NCBI GenBank assembly: GCA_963772865.1
Contig: CAVYZA010000021.1
Coordinates: forward strand, 24,332 to 88,331
Source: an uncultured beta proteobacterium
GTDB taxonomy: Bacteria; Pseudomonadota; Gammaproteobacteria; Burkholderiales; SHXO01
DNA length: 64,000 nucleotides
Direction of reading: 5' to 3'
Below the pieces are notes generated by a model. The model was not told the DNA's origin. It made no database searches and saw nothing but the letters and a program-made list of their open reading frames with translations. Positions 1-10,435 of this stretch are shown piece by piece; within the stretch, counting starts at the first letter, position 1, and every line of letters begins with the position of its first letter. The position numbers and the translations under genes are program-made.

Positions 1-1157
1 CGGTCAACGCCGGCATCGTTGTTGAGGGCGGCCGCCTTGAGCAGCATCTCCCAGGGCTGCGCGTGCGGCGCTGCTGCGGGCGCCCAGCGTTCGCCGAGCG
101 CCCAGAGCGCCTCCACGCGCATGCGGTTGACAGTCAGCGTGCCGGTCTTGTCCGAGCAGATGTAGGTCACCGATCCCAGGGTCTCCACCGCCGGCAGCTT
201 GCGGATGAGGGCATTCTTCTCCACCAGCCGGCGTGCGCCCAGCGCCAGCGCCACGGTCACCACCGCTGGCAGCGCCTCTGGAATCGCCGCCACCGCCAGT
301 GAGATGGCGGTGAGCGCCATCAGCACGAGGGGTTCTCCGCGCAGCACCCCCACCACGAACAGCAGCACGCAGATTCCCAGCACCGCAAAGGACAAAGCGC
401 GTCCGAACTGAGCCAGACGCTTTTGCAGCGGCGTCTTGACTTCGTCCGCGCCACGCAGAAGACCGGCGATGCGACCCAGCTCGGTGTCCATGCCGGTAGC
501 CACCACCACGCCGCGCCCGCGACCATGCGCGACCAGGGTCCCTTTGTAGGCGAGGTTGTGACGATCGCCGATCGCCAGGTCGGCCTGCTCCAGTGCACGC
601 ACGTGCTTTTGCACGGTGTGTGACTCGCCGGTCAGGGCCGCCTCCTCCATCCGCAGCTGGGCGGTCTCGATCAAGCGCAGGTCGGCGGCCACGGCATTGC
701 CGGCGTCCAAGACCACCACATCGCCGGGCACCAGCTCGCGCGCCGCCACACTGGCGGTCTGCCCGTCGCGCAGCACATGTGCGGTGGGCGCCGCCATGGC
801 CTTGAGAGCGGCGATGGCGCGCTCGGCGCGAAAGGCCTGGACGAAACCGATGATCGCGTTGAGCACAACGATCACTACGATCACCACGGTATCGGTGAGA
901 TCGCCGATCACGCCCGAGATCACAGCCGCCGCGAGCAGCACCAGGATCATGAAGTCGGTGAACTGCTCGAGGAGCAGGCGCCCGGGCCCGCGGCGGGCAC
1001 CTTCCTCGATCTCGTTGGGGCCGGTGCGCTGCAGGCGCTGCGCAGCCTCGGCGCTGCTCAACCCCCTGTGGGCATCGCTGCCCAGGCGCTGCAGCACCTC
1101 GTGGGGCGTGAGCAGATGCCAGGCTGCGGGCTCATCGCGATGGGGGCGTGAACGCAT
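1..1157 (-). CDS. Cation-transporting P-type ATPase (type II, Ca2+-like), N-terminal part; runs off the window start
   Basis: Manual reverse-strand translation shows WHLLTPHEVLQRLG (cation ATPase N-terminus), LTGES (~620-636), AIPEALP and ICSDKTGTLT (~130-170). Absent from the ORF track because no stop lies in the window. Start approximate. Confidence 0.9.
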   Translation of the reverse strand, partial: MRSRPHRDEPAAWHLLTPHEVLQRLGSDAHRGLSSAEAAQRLQRTGPNEIEEGARRGPGRLLLEQFTDFMILVLLAAAVISGVIGDLTDTVVIVVIVVLNAIIGFVQAFRAERAIAALKAMAAPTAHVLRDGQTASVAARELVPGDVVVLDAGNAVAADLRLIETAQLRMEEAALTGESHTVQKHVRALEQADLAIGDRHNLAYKGTLVAHGRGRGVVVATGMDTELGRIAGLLRGADEVKTPLQKRLAQFGRALSFAVLGICVLLFVVGVLRGEPLVLMALTAISLAVAAIPEALPAVVTVALALGARRLVEKNALIRKLPAVETLGSVTYICSDKTGTLTVNRMRVEALWALGERWAPAAAPHAQPWEMLLKAAALNNDAGVD

Positions 1158-1160
1158 CGG

Positions 1161-1951
1161 TCATGCAGTCTTGCGCTGTCTCGCCTCGCGCAGGAAAGCC
1201 TCCAGGATCGGCGTGCAGTCGAGCAGATCGCCGCGACCGGGATGGAACTCAGGATGCCACTGCATGCCGTACACGAAGCTCGGCCCGTTCCACCGGATCG
1301 CCTCGATCACCCCATCGGTCTCTCCGCGCGCCTCGATCGTCAGGCCGGCGCCCAGCTCGCGCACCGCTTGATGATGAATGGAGCTGACCAGGCCAGAGCG
1401 CCGACCGGGGAAAACCTTCTCCAGCAGCGAGCCGGGCTCGAACAGCAGCAGATGAGCGTTCTGATCGTACAGCTCGGGATCGTGATGGCGCAGCGCCGCG
1501 GGCACCATGCTGGGAATGTCCTGCCAGAGCGTGCCGCCGTAGGCGACGTTGATCAGCTGGGCGCCACGGCAGATGCCGAGCACAGGCTTGCCGATATCCA
1601 CGAAGCCGGCCAGAAGCTCCATCTCGTAGCGGTCGCGCAGGATATCGCCTTGCCACTCCGGCGCAGCGGGTGATCCCCGTAGCTGCGCGGCGAGACGTCG
1701 GCTCCGCCCTGCAGCACCAGGCCGTCGAGCGCCTCCACATAGTCCTCGACGCTGAGGTTGCCGCGCCGGATCAGCCCGCCCGTCTCGATGGACGGAATCA
1801 TGAAGATGAGCGCGCCATGGGTCATCACCCAGTGGGCGATCGACTGCTCCAGGTACTGCAGCGTCTTGCCGCGGAAGCCCAGCTCCAGGGGACTCTTGTG
1901 GAGGAACCGCGGGGACAGGCCGATCTTCAGGGGTGGGCGGCTGTAGGGCAT
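1161..1951 (-). CDS. Gamma-glutamyl-gamma-aminobutyrate hydrolase family protein (peptidase C26, PuuD-like); frameshift at ~1665
   Basis: N-half from ORF 1553-1951 (LDGLVLQGGADV) plus C-half from ORF 1161-2006 (RDRYE, LGICRG nucleophile Cys, SIHHQAV, QWHPE). Confidence 0.88.
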
Positions 1952-1963
1952 CGGCGCAATCCG

Positions 1964-3100
1964 TCACAGCGCGGCGTCGACGATGCTCGCGCTCCACAGC
2001 TCGCATTGCCGCCGCACCACGTCGCTCAGCGTTCCATGCCGGCGGTACTCCTCGCGCAGCCAGGCGCTCTCGCTCGCGCCCTGCTCGACGGTGCCGCGCA
2101 GCCAGTCGATGGCGTCACGCCCCGAATCGTCGGAGGCGTAGTTGCGGACGGTCGCCAGCGTGCGCAGCAGGTCGGCCTTGAGCGGACCCTTCTCGCGCGT
2201 GCCGGCGTCGATGAAATCGGCCTCCAGTCCGAAGCGGCAGGCCAGGAAGCGATTGAAGCCGTACACGCTGTAGAGCTCGCGGGCGTGCGGGGGCAAACCG
2301 CTGTCGACGAGCCAGCGTGCCAGCGCCTGCGCGAAGGCCGCCAGCGCCGCTGCATGCTCGACGGTCAGTGGTGTGTCGCAGACACGGATCTCGATGGTGC
2401 CGTACTCTGGCTTGGGGCGGATGTCCCAATAGAAATCCTTCATGCTGCCCACCACCTGCAGCCCGCGCATGGTCTCGAAGTAAGTCTCGAACGCCGCCCA
2501 GGTGTCCACCGCCGGCATGTACCCGGACAGCGGAAAGGCGTTGACGCTGTTCAACCGCGCCGAATCGAACGCGGTGTCCACCCCTTGCAGGAAAGGCGAG
2601 GCAGCGGACAGTGCGATGAAATGAGGGATATAGCGCGACACTCCGTGGAGCATGCGCACAGCCTCGTCGCCGTTGCGGCAGCCGACGTGGATGTGCTGGC
2701 CGAACACGGTGAACTGCTTGGCGAGGTACCCGTACAGCTCGCTCAGGAACTGAAACCGCGGCATCGCGTAGATGCGCCTGTCGTTCCAGCGCTGGAACGG
2801 GTGCGCACCGCCTCCGGCGATGCCAAGGTTGAGGCGGTCGGCTTGCCGCACCACCACGTCGCGCAGGGTCCTCAGCTCTGCGAGCAGGCCCGCGTGGGTG
2901 TGCTGCACCGACGTGCTGATCTCGAGCATGCTCTCGGTGATCTCGGGCTTGATCTCGCCTGGATGCTTCTGCTTTTCCAGCAGTCGCAGCAGGTCCGGCG
3001 CCCCGGCGGTCAGATCGTAGTCGCGCCGGTTGACGATCTGCAGCTCGAGCTCGACGCCGAAGGTGAACGGCTCGGACGGCTTGAACGGTAATGTCGTCAT
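1964..3100 (-). CDS. ybdK: YbdK-family carboxylate-amine ligase (glutamate--cysteine ligase 2)
   Basis: FTFGVELELQIV, GQHIHVG, ALSAASPF, YWDIRPKPEYGTIEIRVCD motifs; likely start MTTLPF at 3100. Confidence 0.92.
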   Translation of the reverse strand: MTTLPFKPSEPFTFGVELELQIVNRRDYDLTAGAPDLLRLLEKQKHPGEIKPEITESMLEISTSVQHTHAGLLAELRTLRDVVVRQADRLNLGIAGGGAHPFQRWNDRRIYAMPRFQFLSELYGYLAKQFTVFGQHIHVGCRNGDEAVRMLHGVSRYIPHFIALSAASPFLQGVDTAFDSARLNSVNAFPLSGYMPAVDTWAAFETYFETMRGLQVVGSMKDFYWDIRPKPEYGTIEIRVCDTPLTVEHAAALAAFAQALARWLVDSGLPPHARELYSVYGFNRFLACRFGLEADFIDAGTREKGPLKADLLRTLATVRNYASDDSGRDAIDWLRGTVEQGASESAWLREEYRRHGTLSDVVRRQCELWSASIVDAAL

Positions 3101-3170
3101 CGATTGTCCCCCTTGGACCGCGCGGCGCGCCGCAAGATCCATCCGAGCGCATCACGACTGCAGATGCAAC

Positions 3171-4373
3171 TCATGCTTCACGCGTCTCGCCGGCCAATCG
3201 CAGCGCAAGCTGAACCGCCACGGGGCTCGCAACCGCCAGCAGCAACACGGCAGACAGGACGATCGCCGCCAGCTCCTCGCCGAAGGAAGGGTAGACCTGC
3301 GTGGTGACCTGCACCAGCACGACCGCCACCCCTGCCATTGGGGTAAGCGCGAGCCCAAGGAGGCCGGCTTTGCGCGGGCGCAACCCCGAGAGGGGCGCGA
3401 ACAGGGCGATACCCAGCAGCTTGCCGAACGCGCGTGCGGCGACATAGGCCAGCGCCACCCACCCCGCCCGCAGCAGGTCAGCCGGCGAGAGATAGGCACC
3501 GGTGAGGACGAACAGTCCGATGAAGAAGAACTGCGCGGCAGTCCCGAACTCGACCGGCAGCAGGCTGCGGTAGCGGTCACGGTTGCGCGCCATCACGCCC
3601 AGTCCGAGCAGCGCTATCAACACCGACAATTTCAGGATCACGGCACAGCCCACGGTGACCAGGATCACCCCGACCAGCAATACGAACTGCAGGTCTTCGA
3701 ACTTGCCAAGCCAGCGCGCGAGCAGCAGGATCAGCATGCTCGCGAGCCAGCCCAGCAGCAGCGATCCGGCCAGCAGGTAGACCGGATGCAGCAGCACCAC
3801 GTACAGCCCCGCCTGGTACTGCATGTGCAGCTGCGCCAGCAGCATGGTGAACGTCAGCACCGCAAAGGCGTTGTTGAGCGCGGTCAGGTTCACTGCCTGC
3901 TCGGTGAGCGGTCCGTCGGCGCGCTGATCGTGGATCACCATCAAGAGCACCGACGGCGAAGTGGCCATGCCGATGGCGGCAGCGATCAGCGCATACAGCG
4001 GCGCGACCGACAGGGCAGCGAGCACGAAGTAGATGCACGCGAAAGACAGCGCGCTCTCGGCAAGGCTGGTGGCGAGCAACCAGGGGTTGCGCCTGAGCCA
4101 TTGGTAGTCCAGCCGTGCCCCCAGCTCGAACAGGATCAGCCCCAGCGCCACCTCCAGCAGGATGCGCGCGCTGTCGCGCACATCGTCGCCCACCAGCGCC
4201 AACGTGCTTGGACCCAGCACCAGCCCGGCGAGAACGTAGCCGGTAATGCGTGGCAGCCGCAGGACGCGGCGCAGCAGCTCTCCGCAGATCAAGCCAGCCA
4301 GCAGGGTCACCCCGATCAGCGCGAGTCCACTTACGGGCAGCGGCAGCGAAGGCAGGAAGTCGACGTAGCGCAT
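3171..4373 (-). CDS. Cation:proton antiporter (CPA2/Kef-like membrane domain)
   Basis: 400 aa, highly hydrophobic; LPRITGYVLAGLVLGP, LFELG, ATSP motifs. Confidence 0.85.
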   Translation of the reverse strand: MRYVDFLPSLPLPVSGLALIGVTLLAGLICGELLRRVLRLPRITGYVLAGLVLGPSTLALVGDDVRDSARILLEVALGLILFELGARLDYQWLRRNPWLLATSLAESALSFACIYFVLAALSVAPLYALIAAAIGMATSPSVLLMVIHDQRADGPLTEQAVNLTALNNAFAVLTFTMLLAQLHMQYQAGLYVVLLHPVYLLAGSLLLGWLASMLILLLARWLGKFEDLQFVLLVGVILVTVGCAVILKLSVLIALLGLGVMARNRDRYRSLLPVEFGTAAQFFFIGLFVLTGAYLSPADLLRAGWVALAYVAARAFGKLLGIALFAPLSGLRPRKAGLLGLALTPMAGVAVVLVQVTTQVYPSFGEELAAIVLSAVLLLAVASPVAVQLALRLAGETREA

Positions 4374-4453
4374 GGTGCCTTGCCCTTGTGTATGGCCGCT
4401 ACTTTCAGCCCGCCAGCGCCGGGCCGAAGTGATGATACTGCGACCAGCCCGCC

Positions 4454-5098
4454 TCAGACCACGATGATGTGGACGCGGTAAGGCCCGTGAATGCCCAGCA
4501 CCAGGGTCATCTCGATGTCCGCGGTGCGCGAAGGTCCCGAGACGAAGGCGACCTGGCGCGGGAGCGAACCGTGCTCCCGGCGCAGCAGATCCCAGCCGTC
4601 TTCCATGCTCCGCAAAACGCGTGCCGCGGGCACGATCGCGATGTGAGTGTCGGGAAGCAGACTTGTCACGGGATGGGTGTGCTCACCGGACAGCAGCATC
4701 AGCGTTCCGGTCTCCGCGATCGCGCAGTAGACGCCGGTGATCCCGACCTTGTCGTGCCCTGCGGCCGCGCGCGCTTCTACTTGCAGCCCAGCACCAGACC
4801 AGTCCAGATGGCCGAGCTCGGGCCAGCACACTGCCTGCAGAGGCAGCCCGTTCTGGCCGAGGTAGCGCGCGACCGCCGCCGGCACCTCTGCTGTCCCTGC
4901 CACTTGATCGACCGTGCTGGACAGACTCTCGCAGCGCTCCCGAAAGCGCGGCAGCAGTTCCCAGTTCATGCTCGGCAGCAGGCCGCGCGGATGCTCGGTG
5001 AGCTTGGCGCGCATCTGCGCGCTCTGCTGTTCGGTCAATGGCGCATTGCGCCCGAGCGCGGTGCGGATGCGGCCGAGGATGTTGTCTCTTGCTGTCAT
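4454..5098 (-). CDS. lutC: Lactate utilization protein C (LUD domain)
   Basis: MTARDNILGRIR start, AIAETGTL, SLLP, VSGPSRTADIEMTLVLGIHGP. Confidence 0.9.
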   Translation of the reverse strand: MTARDNILGRIRTALGRNAPLTEQQSAQMRAKLTEHPRGLLPSMNWELLPRFRERCESLSSTVDQVAGTAEVPAAVARYLGQNGLPLQAVCWPELGHLDWSGAGLQVEARAAAGHDKVGITGVYCAIAETGTLMLLSGEHTHPVTSLLPDTHIAIVPAARVLRSMEDGWDLLRREHGSLPRQVAFVSGPSRTADIEMTLVLGIHGPYRVHIIVV

Positions 5099-6216
5099 GT
5101 CAGCTGCTGGTGACTCGTGACTACAAGGCCGGGAACAGAGGATGCTCTGATCCACGAACGCGGGCGTAGGCAGAAGGGCTGCTCATGCCGGGCGGAACCT
5201 GTCGCATTGAGATGCTCGTTACCATGAATCCTCCGGTCATCCGCTTTCCCTAGTCCCGGCCCTCGTGTCAGCGCGACCCGACTGCGCGGCGCTCCCGCCA
5301 CGAACGCCTCGAGGTTGCCGATCAACTGCTCGGCGAAGCCGTGCAAGGCCTCATCGCTGGCCCAGGCGACGTGCGGCGTCACGATGAGATTCGGCAGATC
5401 GAGATCCAGAAGCGGGTTGCCGCCTCGAGGCGGCTCCACCGACAGCACATCGAGCCCGGCGCCGCGGATCCAGCCTTCGCGCAGCGCACGCAGCAGCGCC
5501 GCTTCGTCCACCAGGCCACCGCGCGCAGTGTTGATCAGCAGCGCGCTGCGCTTCATGCGCCTCAGCTGCGCCTCGCCGATCAAGTTGCGCGTCGCGGGCG
5601 TCAGAGGGCAATGCAGGGTGACGACGTCGCTTTCGGCCAGCACCACGTCGAGTGGCGTGTACTCGAGCCCCGGCGCCTTGGGCTCCGGGTGATCGGCGAA
5701 CAGCACGCGCATGCTGAAGCCGCGCGCGATGCGAGCCGCGCCCTGGCCGATCGCGCCCTCGCCGATAATGCCCAACGTCTTGCCGTGCAGGTCGGACAGC
5801 TGCGCATCCATGTAGCAGAACGGTTCCGCCGTCTGCCACAAGCCACGTTGCACATCGCTGCGGTACGCCAGCAGGTTTCGCATCAATGCCAGGATCAGCA
5901 TGAACGCGTGCTCCGGCACCGTGTGCTGCGCGTAGCCCGCGACGTTGGACACCACGATTCCGTTCGCGCGACAGTAGTCCAGGTCGAACACGTCCACGCC
6001 CGCCCCGGCCACCGCGATGAAGCGAATGGCGGGAAATTTCGCCAGCGTCTCGCCGCGCAGCGGGATCTTGCTGGAGACTACGATCGTCGCACCCTTCAGT
6101 CTCTCGTCCAGCTCGTCGAGGCGCGTGACCGGGTATTCCGCCCACGTGTGCGGGAAGCTCGGCGGCCGCAACTCGATCGGCAGGATCGCGCGGTCCAGAA
6201 AGACGATGTGCTCCAC
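5095..6216 (-). CDS. D-2-hydroxyacid dehydrogenase (glycerate dehydrogenase / hydroxypyruvate reductase-like); true stop probably near 5268
   Basis: GIIGEGAIG Rossmann motif, LHCPLT, INTARGGLVDE, LDVLSVEP, TPHVAW. The last ~55 aa look like readthrough into intergenic DNA. Confidence 0.88.
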   Translation of the reverse strand: MEHIVFLDRAILPIELRPPSFPHTWAEYPVTRLDELDERLKGATIVVSSKIPLRGETLAKFPAIRFIAVAGAGVDVFDLDYCRANGIVVSNVAGYAQHTVPEHAFMLILALMRNLLAYRSDVQRGLWQTAEPFCYMDAQLSDLHGKTLGIIGEGAIGQGAARIARGFSMRVLFADHPEPKAPGLEYTPLDVVLAESDVVTLHCPLTPATRNLIGEAQLRRMKRSALLINTARGGLVDEAALLRALREGWIRGAGLDVLSVEPPRGGNPLLDLDLPNLIVTPHVAWASDEALHGFAEQLIGNLEAFVAGAPRSRVALTRGPGLGKADDRRIHGNEHLNATGSARHEQPFCLRPRSWIRASSVPGLVVTSHQQLT

Positions 6217-6230
6217 TGAGTCCTGCGCGG

Positions 6231-7646
6231 TTAGTGCGATCCACTCTTGCGCGCGGCATACAGCTCGCGGAAAGTCTTCCCCGCGGGCGCCGGGAAATCA
6301 CGCTCCGCCGTCCACGCCGAGCCGACCGCCGGCAATCGGTGGAGCAGACCCTCGCGTCCGCCCAGCCACTTGCCGAGCCGCGCCGCGATGCGGGCCCCCA
6401 CACCATAGACCACCGGGCGCGCCGCCGCCCAGGCCCACAGCTTGATCGCAGCGCGCTCGCTCCACGGACGCAGCTTGCGCTCGATCTGGCGTTCGCGCAG
6501 CTTGCGCATGAGATCGGGCAGCGGGATCTTCACCGGGCAGACCACGCCGCATTGATTGCACATGGTCGCGGCGTTGGGCAGGTCGAGCGCGTTCTCCAGC
6601 CCGAGGTAGGCGGGCGTGAGCACCGACCCGATCGGACCGGGGTACACCCAGCCGTAGGGATGCCCGCCGATGTTCTGGTAGACGGGGCAGTGATTCATGC
6701 ACGCGCCGCAGCGGATGCAGCGCAGCGCAGCGCGCAGCTCCGAGCCGAGCACCCGCGTGCGCCCGGCGTCGACGATGATGATGTGGAACTCCTCGGGGCC
6801 GTCCTGGTCGCCGGCCGGCCGCGGGCCGGTGGTGAACGTGAGGTAGTTGCTGATCGACTGGCCGGTCGCCGAGCGCGTCAGCAGGCGCAGGATGAAGGAC
6901 ACATCCTCCAGGCTCGGCAGCACCTTCTCGATGCCGGCGATCGCCACGTGCACGCGCGGCAGCGTGGTGGTCATGCGGCCATTGCCTTCGTTGGTCACGA
7001 TCACCGTGGTGCCGGTGTTCGCCACCAGGAAGTTCGCGCCGGTGATGCCCATGTCGGCGGTCAGGAAGTGCGGGCGCAGAATCTCGCGAGCCTCGCGCGT
7101 CATCTCCCGGATGTCGGTCTTGCGCGGCAGCCGGTGCCGCTCCTCGAACAGGTCGGACACCTCTTCCCGCGTCTTGTGGATGGCCGGGCCGATGATGTGG
7201 GAGGGGGTGTCGCCCGATTCCTGGATGATGTATTCGCCCAGGTCGGTCTCGCGCACCTCGATGCCGCCGCGCTGCAGGAACTCGTTGAGTCCGGACTCCT
7301 CGCCGAGCATGGACTTGGACTTGATGACTTTGCGCACGCGCGCCTGCTGTGCGATGTCCAGCACGAGCTGGTTCATCTGCTGCGAGTCTTCCGCCCAGTG
7401 CACCTTGGCGCCGCGTGCGGTGGCGTTGCGCTCGAACTCCTCGAGCAGGAAATCGAGGTGCTCGAGCGCGCTGTCGCGCACCTGTTTGGCGGCCTCGCGC
7501 ATCGCCTCGAAGTTGTCCAGCTCGAGGATGACTTTGGCGCGCCCCGACACCATGAGCCCGCGCAGGCTGGACAGCGCCTTGAACAGGTTGGGGTCGGCCA
7601 GCTTCTCGGTGGCAAGCTGTTTGAATTGCGCCGATCGGATCTGCAC
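6231..7646 (-). CDS. lutB: Lactate utilization protein B (Fe-S cluster, LUD domain)
   Basis: KSKSM, ETDLGEYI, PSHIIGPAIH, NEGNGR, CIRCGACMNHCP and CNQCGVVCP ferredoxin motifs. Confidence 0.93.
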   Translation of the reverse strand: MQIRSAQFKQLATEKLADPNLFKALSSLRGLMVSGRAKVILELDNFEAMREAAKQVRDSALEHLDFLLEEFERNATARGAKVHWAEDSQQMNQLVLDIAQQARVRKVIKSKSMLGEESGLNEFLQRGGIEVRETDLGEYIIQESGDTPSHIIGPAIHKTREEVSDLFEERHRLPRKTDIREMTREAREILRPHFLTADMGITGANFLVANTGTTVIVTNEGNGRMTTTLPRVHVAIAGIEKVLPSLEDVSFILRLLTRSATGQSISNYLTFTTGPRPAGDQDGPEEFHIIIVDAGRTRVLGSELRAALRCIRCGACMNHCPVYQNIGGHPYGWVYPGPIGSVLTPAYLGLENALDLPNAATMCNQCGVVCPVKIPLPDLMRKLRERQIERKLRPWSERAAIKLWAWAAARPVVYGVGARIAARLGKWLGGREGLLHRLPAVGSAWTAERDFPAPAGKTFRELYAARKSGSH

Positions 7647-8455
7647 TACGGCCTCTCTTGGGGAGAGGGCGCGCGCGCAGGCGCGCTCTCGCGCCTCGTG
7701 CCTCGTGCCTCGCGCCCAGCCTCGCCCTCGCCGGCGACGCCGGCGAGCACTTCGGCCACGTGCAGGACCTGCGTCTTGCTGTCACCACGCCGGCGCAGCC
7801 GCCCTTCGATGTTGAGCATGCAACCGAGATCGCCCAGCACCACCGCATCGGCCCCGGTAGCGACGATGTCCTGGCACTTCTGATCAGCGATGCGCGCGGA
7901 GATATCGCCGTACTTGACGGCGAAGGTGCCGCCGAAGCCACAGCATTGCTCGGGCGCGCTCATCTCTTTCAGGCCCAGCCCGGGAATCCTGGCGAGCAGT
8001 GCGCGCGGTTGCACCTTGACGCCCATCTCGCGCAACCCTGAACAGGAATCGTGGTAGCTGACGGTGCCGCGGAAGCGGCCCGGCACCTGCTCGAGCTTGA
8101 GCACGTTCACCAGGAAATCGGTGAGCTCCCAGGTGCGAGCGGCCAGCCACTCCACCTGTGCGCGCAGCTCGGAAAACTCGGAGAGCAGCTCGGGGTAGTG
8201 CGTTTTGAGCATGCCGCCACAGGAACCCGACGGCACCACCACGTAGTCGCAATCCGCCAGCTCGCGCAGCACTTTGCGGGCAAGCGCCTGCGCGGCCGGC
8301 CGGTCGCCCGAGTTATACGCCGGCTGGCCACAGCACGTCTGCGTGGCCGGCACCACAACCTCGCACCCGGCGCGCTCCAGCAGCTCGAGCGCCGCGAAGC
8401 CGATGCGGGGGCGCACGAGATCCACGAGACAGGTGACGAAGAGAGCCACACGCAT
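7646..8455 (-). CDS. lutA: Lactate utilization protein A (CCG-domain Fe-S oxidoreductase)
   Basis: MRVALFVTCLVD start, QTCCGQP, PSGSCG, YHDSC, CCGFGGTF, DLGC. Confidence 0.93.
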   Translation of the reverse strand: MRVALFVTCLVDLVRPRIGFAALELLERAGCEVVVPATQTCCGQPAYNSGDRPAAQALARKVLRELADCDYVVVPSGSCGGMLKTHYPELLSEFSELRAQVEWLAARTWELTDFLVNVLKLEQVPGRFRGTVSYHDSCSGLREMGVKVQPRALLARIPGLGLKEMSAPEQCCGFGGTFAVKYGDISARIADQKCQDIVATGADAVVLGDLGCMLNIEGRLRRRGDSKTQVLHVAEVLAGVAGEGEAGREARGTRRESAPARAPSPQERP

Positions 8456-8633
8456 GGGAGTTTGCCTTGTGGCCCGCGGCAGCATCGCTGGCGCGACGCT
8501 TCGATGCAGCGGGCGCGGCGATGATAGCATGCCAAAGCCCGAGCAGAGCTCTCGGCGCCAGAGGCGAAGGGCGCCAAGAACAGATCTCGCCGCGCCTGCA
8601 TAGCGCCGAGAAACCAGCGCGCGGTTGTCATGC

Positions 8634-8663
8634 AAACAAAAAGCCCCGCGCGCGGCGGGGCTT
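8634..8663 (-). terminator. Rho-independent terminator downstream of pbpG
   Basis: AAGCCCCGC-N5-GCGGGGCTT hairpin, followed on the minus strand by TTTTTGTTT. Confidence 0.75.
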
Positions 8664-8686
8664 CCAGCTCCAGCGGACAGCAAGCG

Positions 8687-9716
8687 CTACATGAGGCGCT
8701 TACCGCGTCCTGTAGGCACGCCGTCCTCGAGGCGTTCGATCCACTGCTTGATGCGGTTGGCGTCACCAATCCGGGTGAACTTTCCCCACGAGTCGAGCAG
8801 GACGATGATCACCGGCTTGGCGGCGATGCGCGCCTGCATGACCAGGCAGCGGCCGGCCTCACTGATGTAGCCGGTCTTGGACAGTCCAATGTCCCAGGTA
8901 CCGCTGCGCACCAGGCCGTTGGAATTGCGGAACGCGACCGTACTGTAGCGACGCTTCTTGGCGTTGGCGCCCACTGCGACGCGGTGCGAATCCTGGGTGG
9001 TGAACTCGCGAATCAGCGGGTAACGATATCCGGCATTGACCATGATCGCGAGGTCTACCGCGGTCGAGACATTGTCTGGATCCAGGCCGGTGGGGTCTAC
9101 GTAGCGAGTATCGGTCATGCCCAGCTCGCTGGGCGCGCTGGTTCATCGCGCGAATGAACGCGGCGGTACCGCCGGGATAGGTCCGGGCAAGCGCGGCGGC
9201 CGCGCGATTCTCCGACGCCATCAGCGCCAGGCGCAGCATTTCCTGCCGCGGGAGCGTCACACCCAGCTTGAGGCGCGACCGCGTGCCCTTCAGCGTGTCG
9301 ACGTCCTCGCGGGAAATCGTGATCGGCTCATCCAGCGGCAGCTTCGCGTCCAGCACGACGACCGCTGTCATCAGCTTGGTGATCGAGGCGATCGGCATGA
9401 TCGCGTCGGTGTTCTTGGCGTAGAGCAGCTGGCCGTCTTCCTGGTCGATGACCAGCGCAACGGCGGAGTGCAGCTTGAGGGCACTCTGGGAGCCTGCAAA
9501 TGCTTCGGCTACGGTGTTGGAAGGCCGGAACTGCGGCAGCTCGGGCTTGAGCTCGACGGGCTGCGGCAGCGGCTCGGCCTGCTGCAAGCCGGCGACCAGC
9601 GGCACGCCGGCAGGGAGCACGCCGGCAGGCGCGGTGGAGTCCGGCACGCCACTCTGCGCCCACGAAGGTACGGGCAGACAAAGGGCGAGCAGCAGGATTG
9701 TTTCTATTCTTGGCAT
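8687..9716 (-). CDS. pbpG: D-alanyl-D-alanine endopeptidase (PBP7, peptidase S11); frameshift at ~9130
   Basis: Signal peptide, IASITKLM (SxxK), ASEN (SxN), SKTGYI (KTG) across ORFs 8859-9716 and 8687-9118. Confidence 0.9.
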
Positions 9717-9948
9717 ATGACCTCAACGGTTCCTTCGGTTATTGCTCTTCAGGTTGCTCCGAGTCCGACCGGGGCCGCGGTTTCCCGCAGCATAGCCATG
9801 TCTCAGCGTTGCGTCACCCGGACTCTCGCCAGATTTAACGGTCTGCGGCCAGGCAACTTTAAGCAGACACCGTTCCAGCCGGTGTCTTCGCGGCAAAATC
9901 TAGCAAAAATCATTACGTAAGCGCAACATTCTTAAGCTAAAGTCGAGC

Positions 9949-10407
9949 TCAGCGAGGCACCACGGCAGGGCCCGCACCATCGGCCCGCCCGCCGCGGCAC
10001 ACCAGCAACGCTTTGCCCTTGCCCTTGGCCGACCCGTCCGGGTCGCCGATGCCGGTCAGCTCGCGCCGATAGCCGTTGACGGCCTTGCTCTGCGCATACT
10101 GAGGCAGGGCGCTGGCGACGGTGGCCGGCTCCGCATCCAGGATCAGACCGAAGTCGTCACGCGCGCCCTCCTTGCCCGGTGCGAAGTAGAACAAGTGCGC
10201 GGTGATGCCCTGCCCCACCTCGGAACTGGACACGGTCAAGACCACCGCCTCCGCCTCCGGGTCGAACTTCGGCGCCTGCCCGCTCAGCGTCAGGCTGCAG
10301 TTCTCCACTTCCATCAACAGCTCGTAGGCGCTCAGGCCCTGCGCCTGAGCTGGCCAGGACAGCGCCACGCTCGCGCTCAAGGCCAGATATCGACAAACCC
10401 TTCGCAT
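9949..10407 (-). CDS. Hypothetical exported protein
   Basis: Plausible start MRRVCRYLALSASVALSWPAQA with a signal peptide; ~152 aa; no recognised domain. Confidence 0.6.
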   Translation of the reverse strand: MRRVCRYLALSASVALSWPAQAQGLSAYELLMEVENCSLTLSGQAPKFDPEAEAVVLTVSSSEVGQGITAHLFYFAPGKEGARDDFGLILDAEPATVASALPQYAQSKAVNGYRRELTGIGDPDGSAKGKGKALLVCRGGRADGAGPAVVPR

Positions 10408-10435
10408 CGTCCCTCCGTTTCGGAGCGCGATAGTA

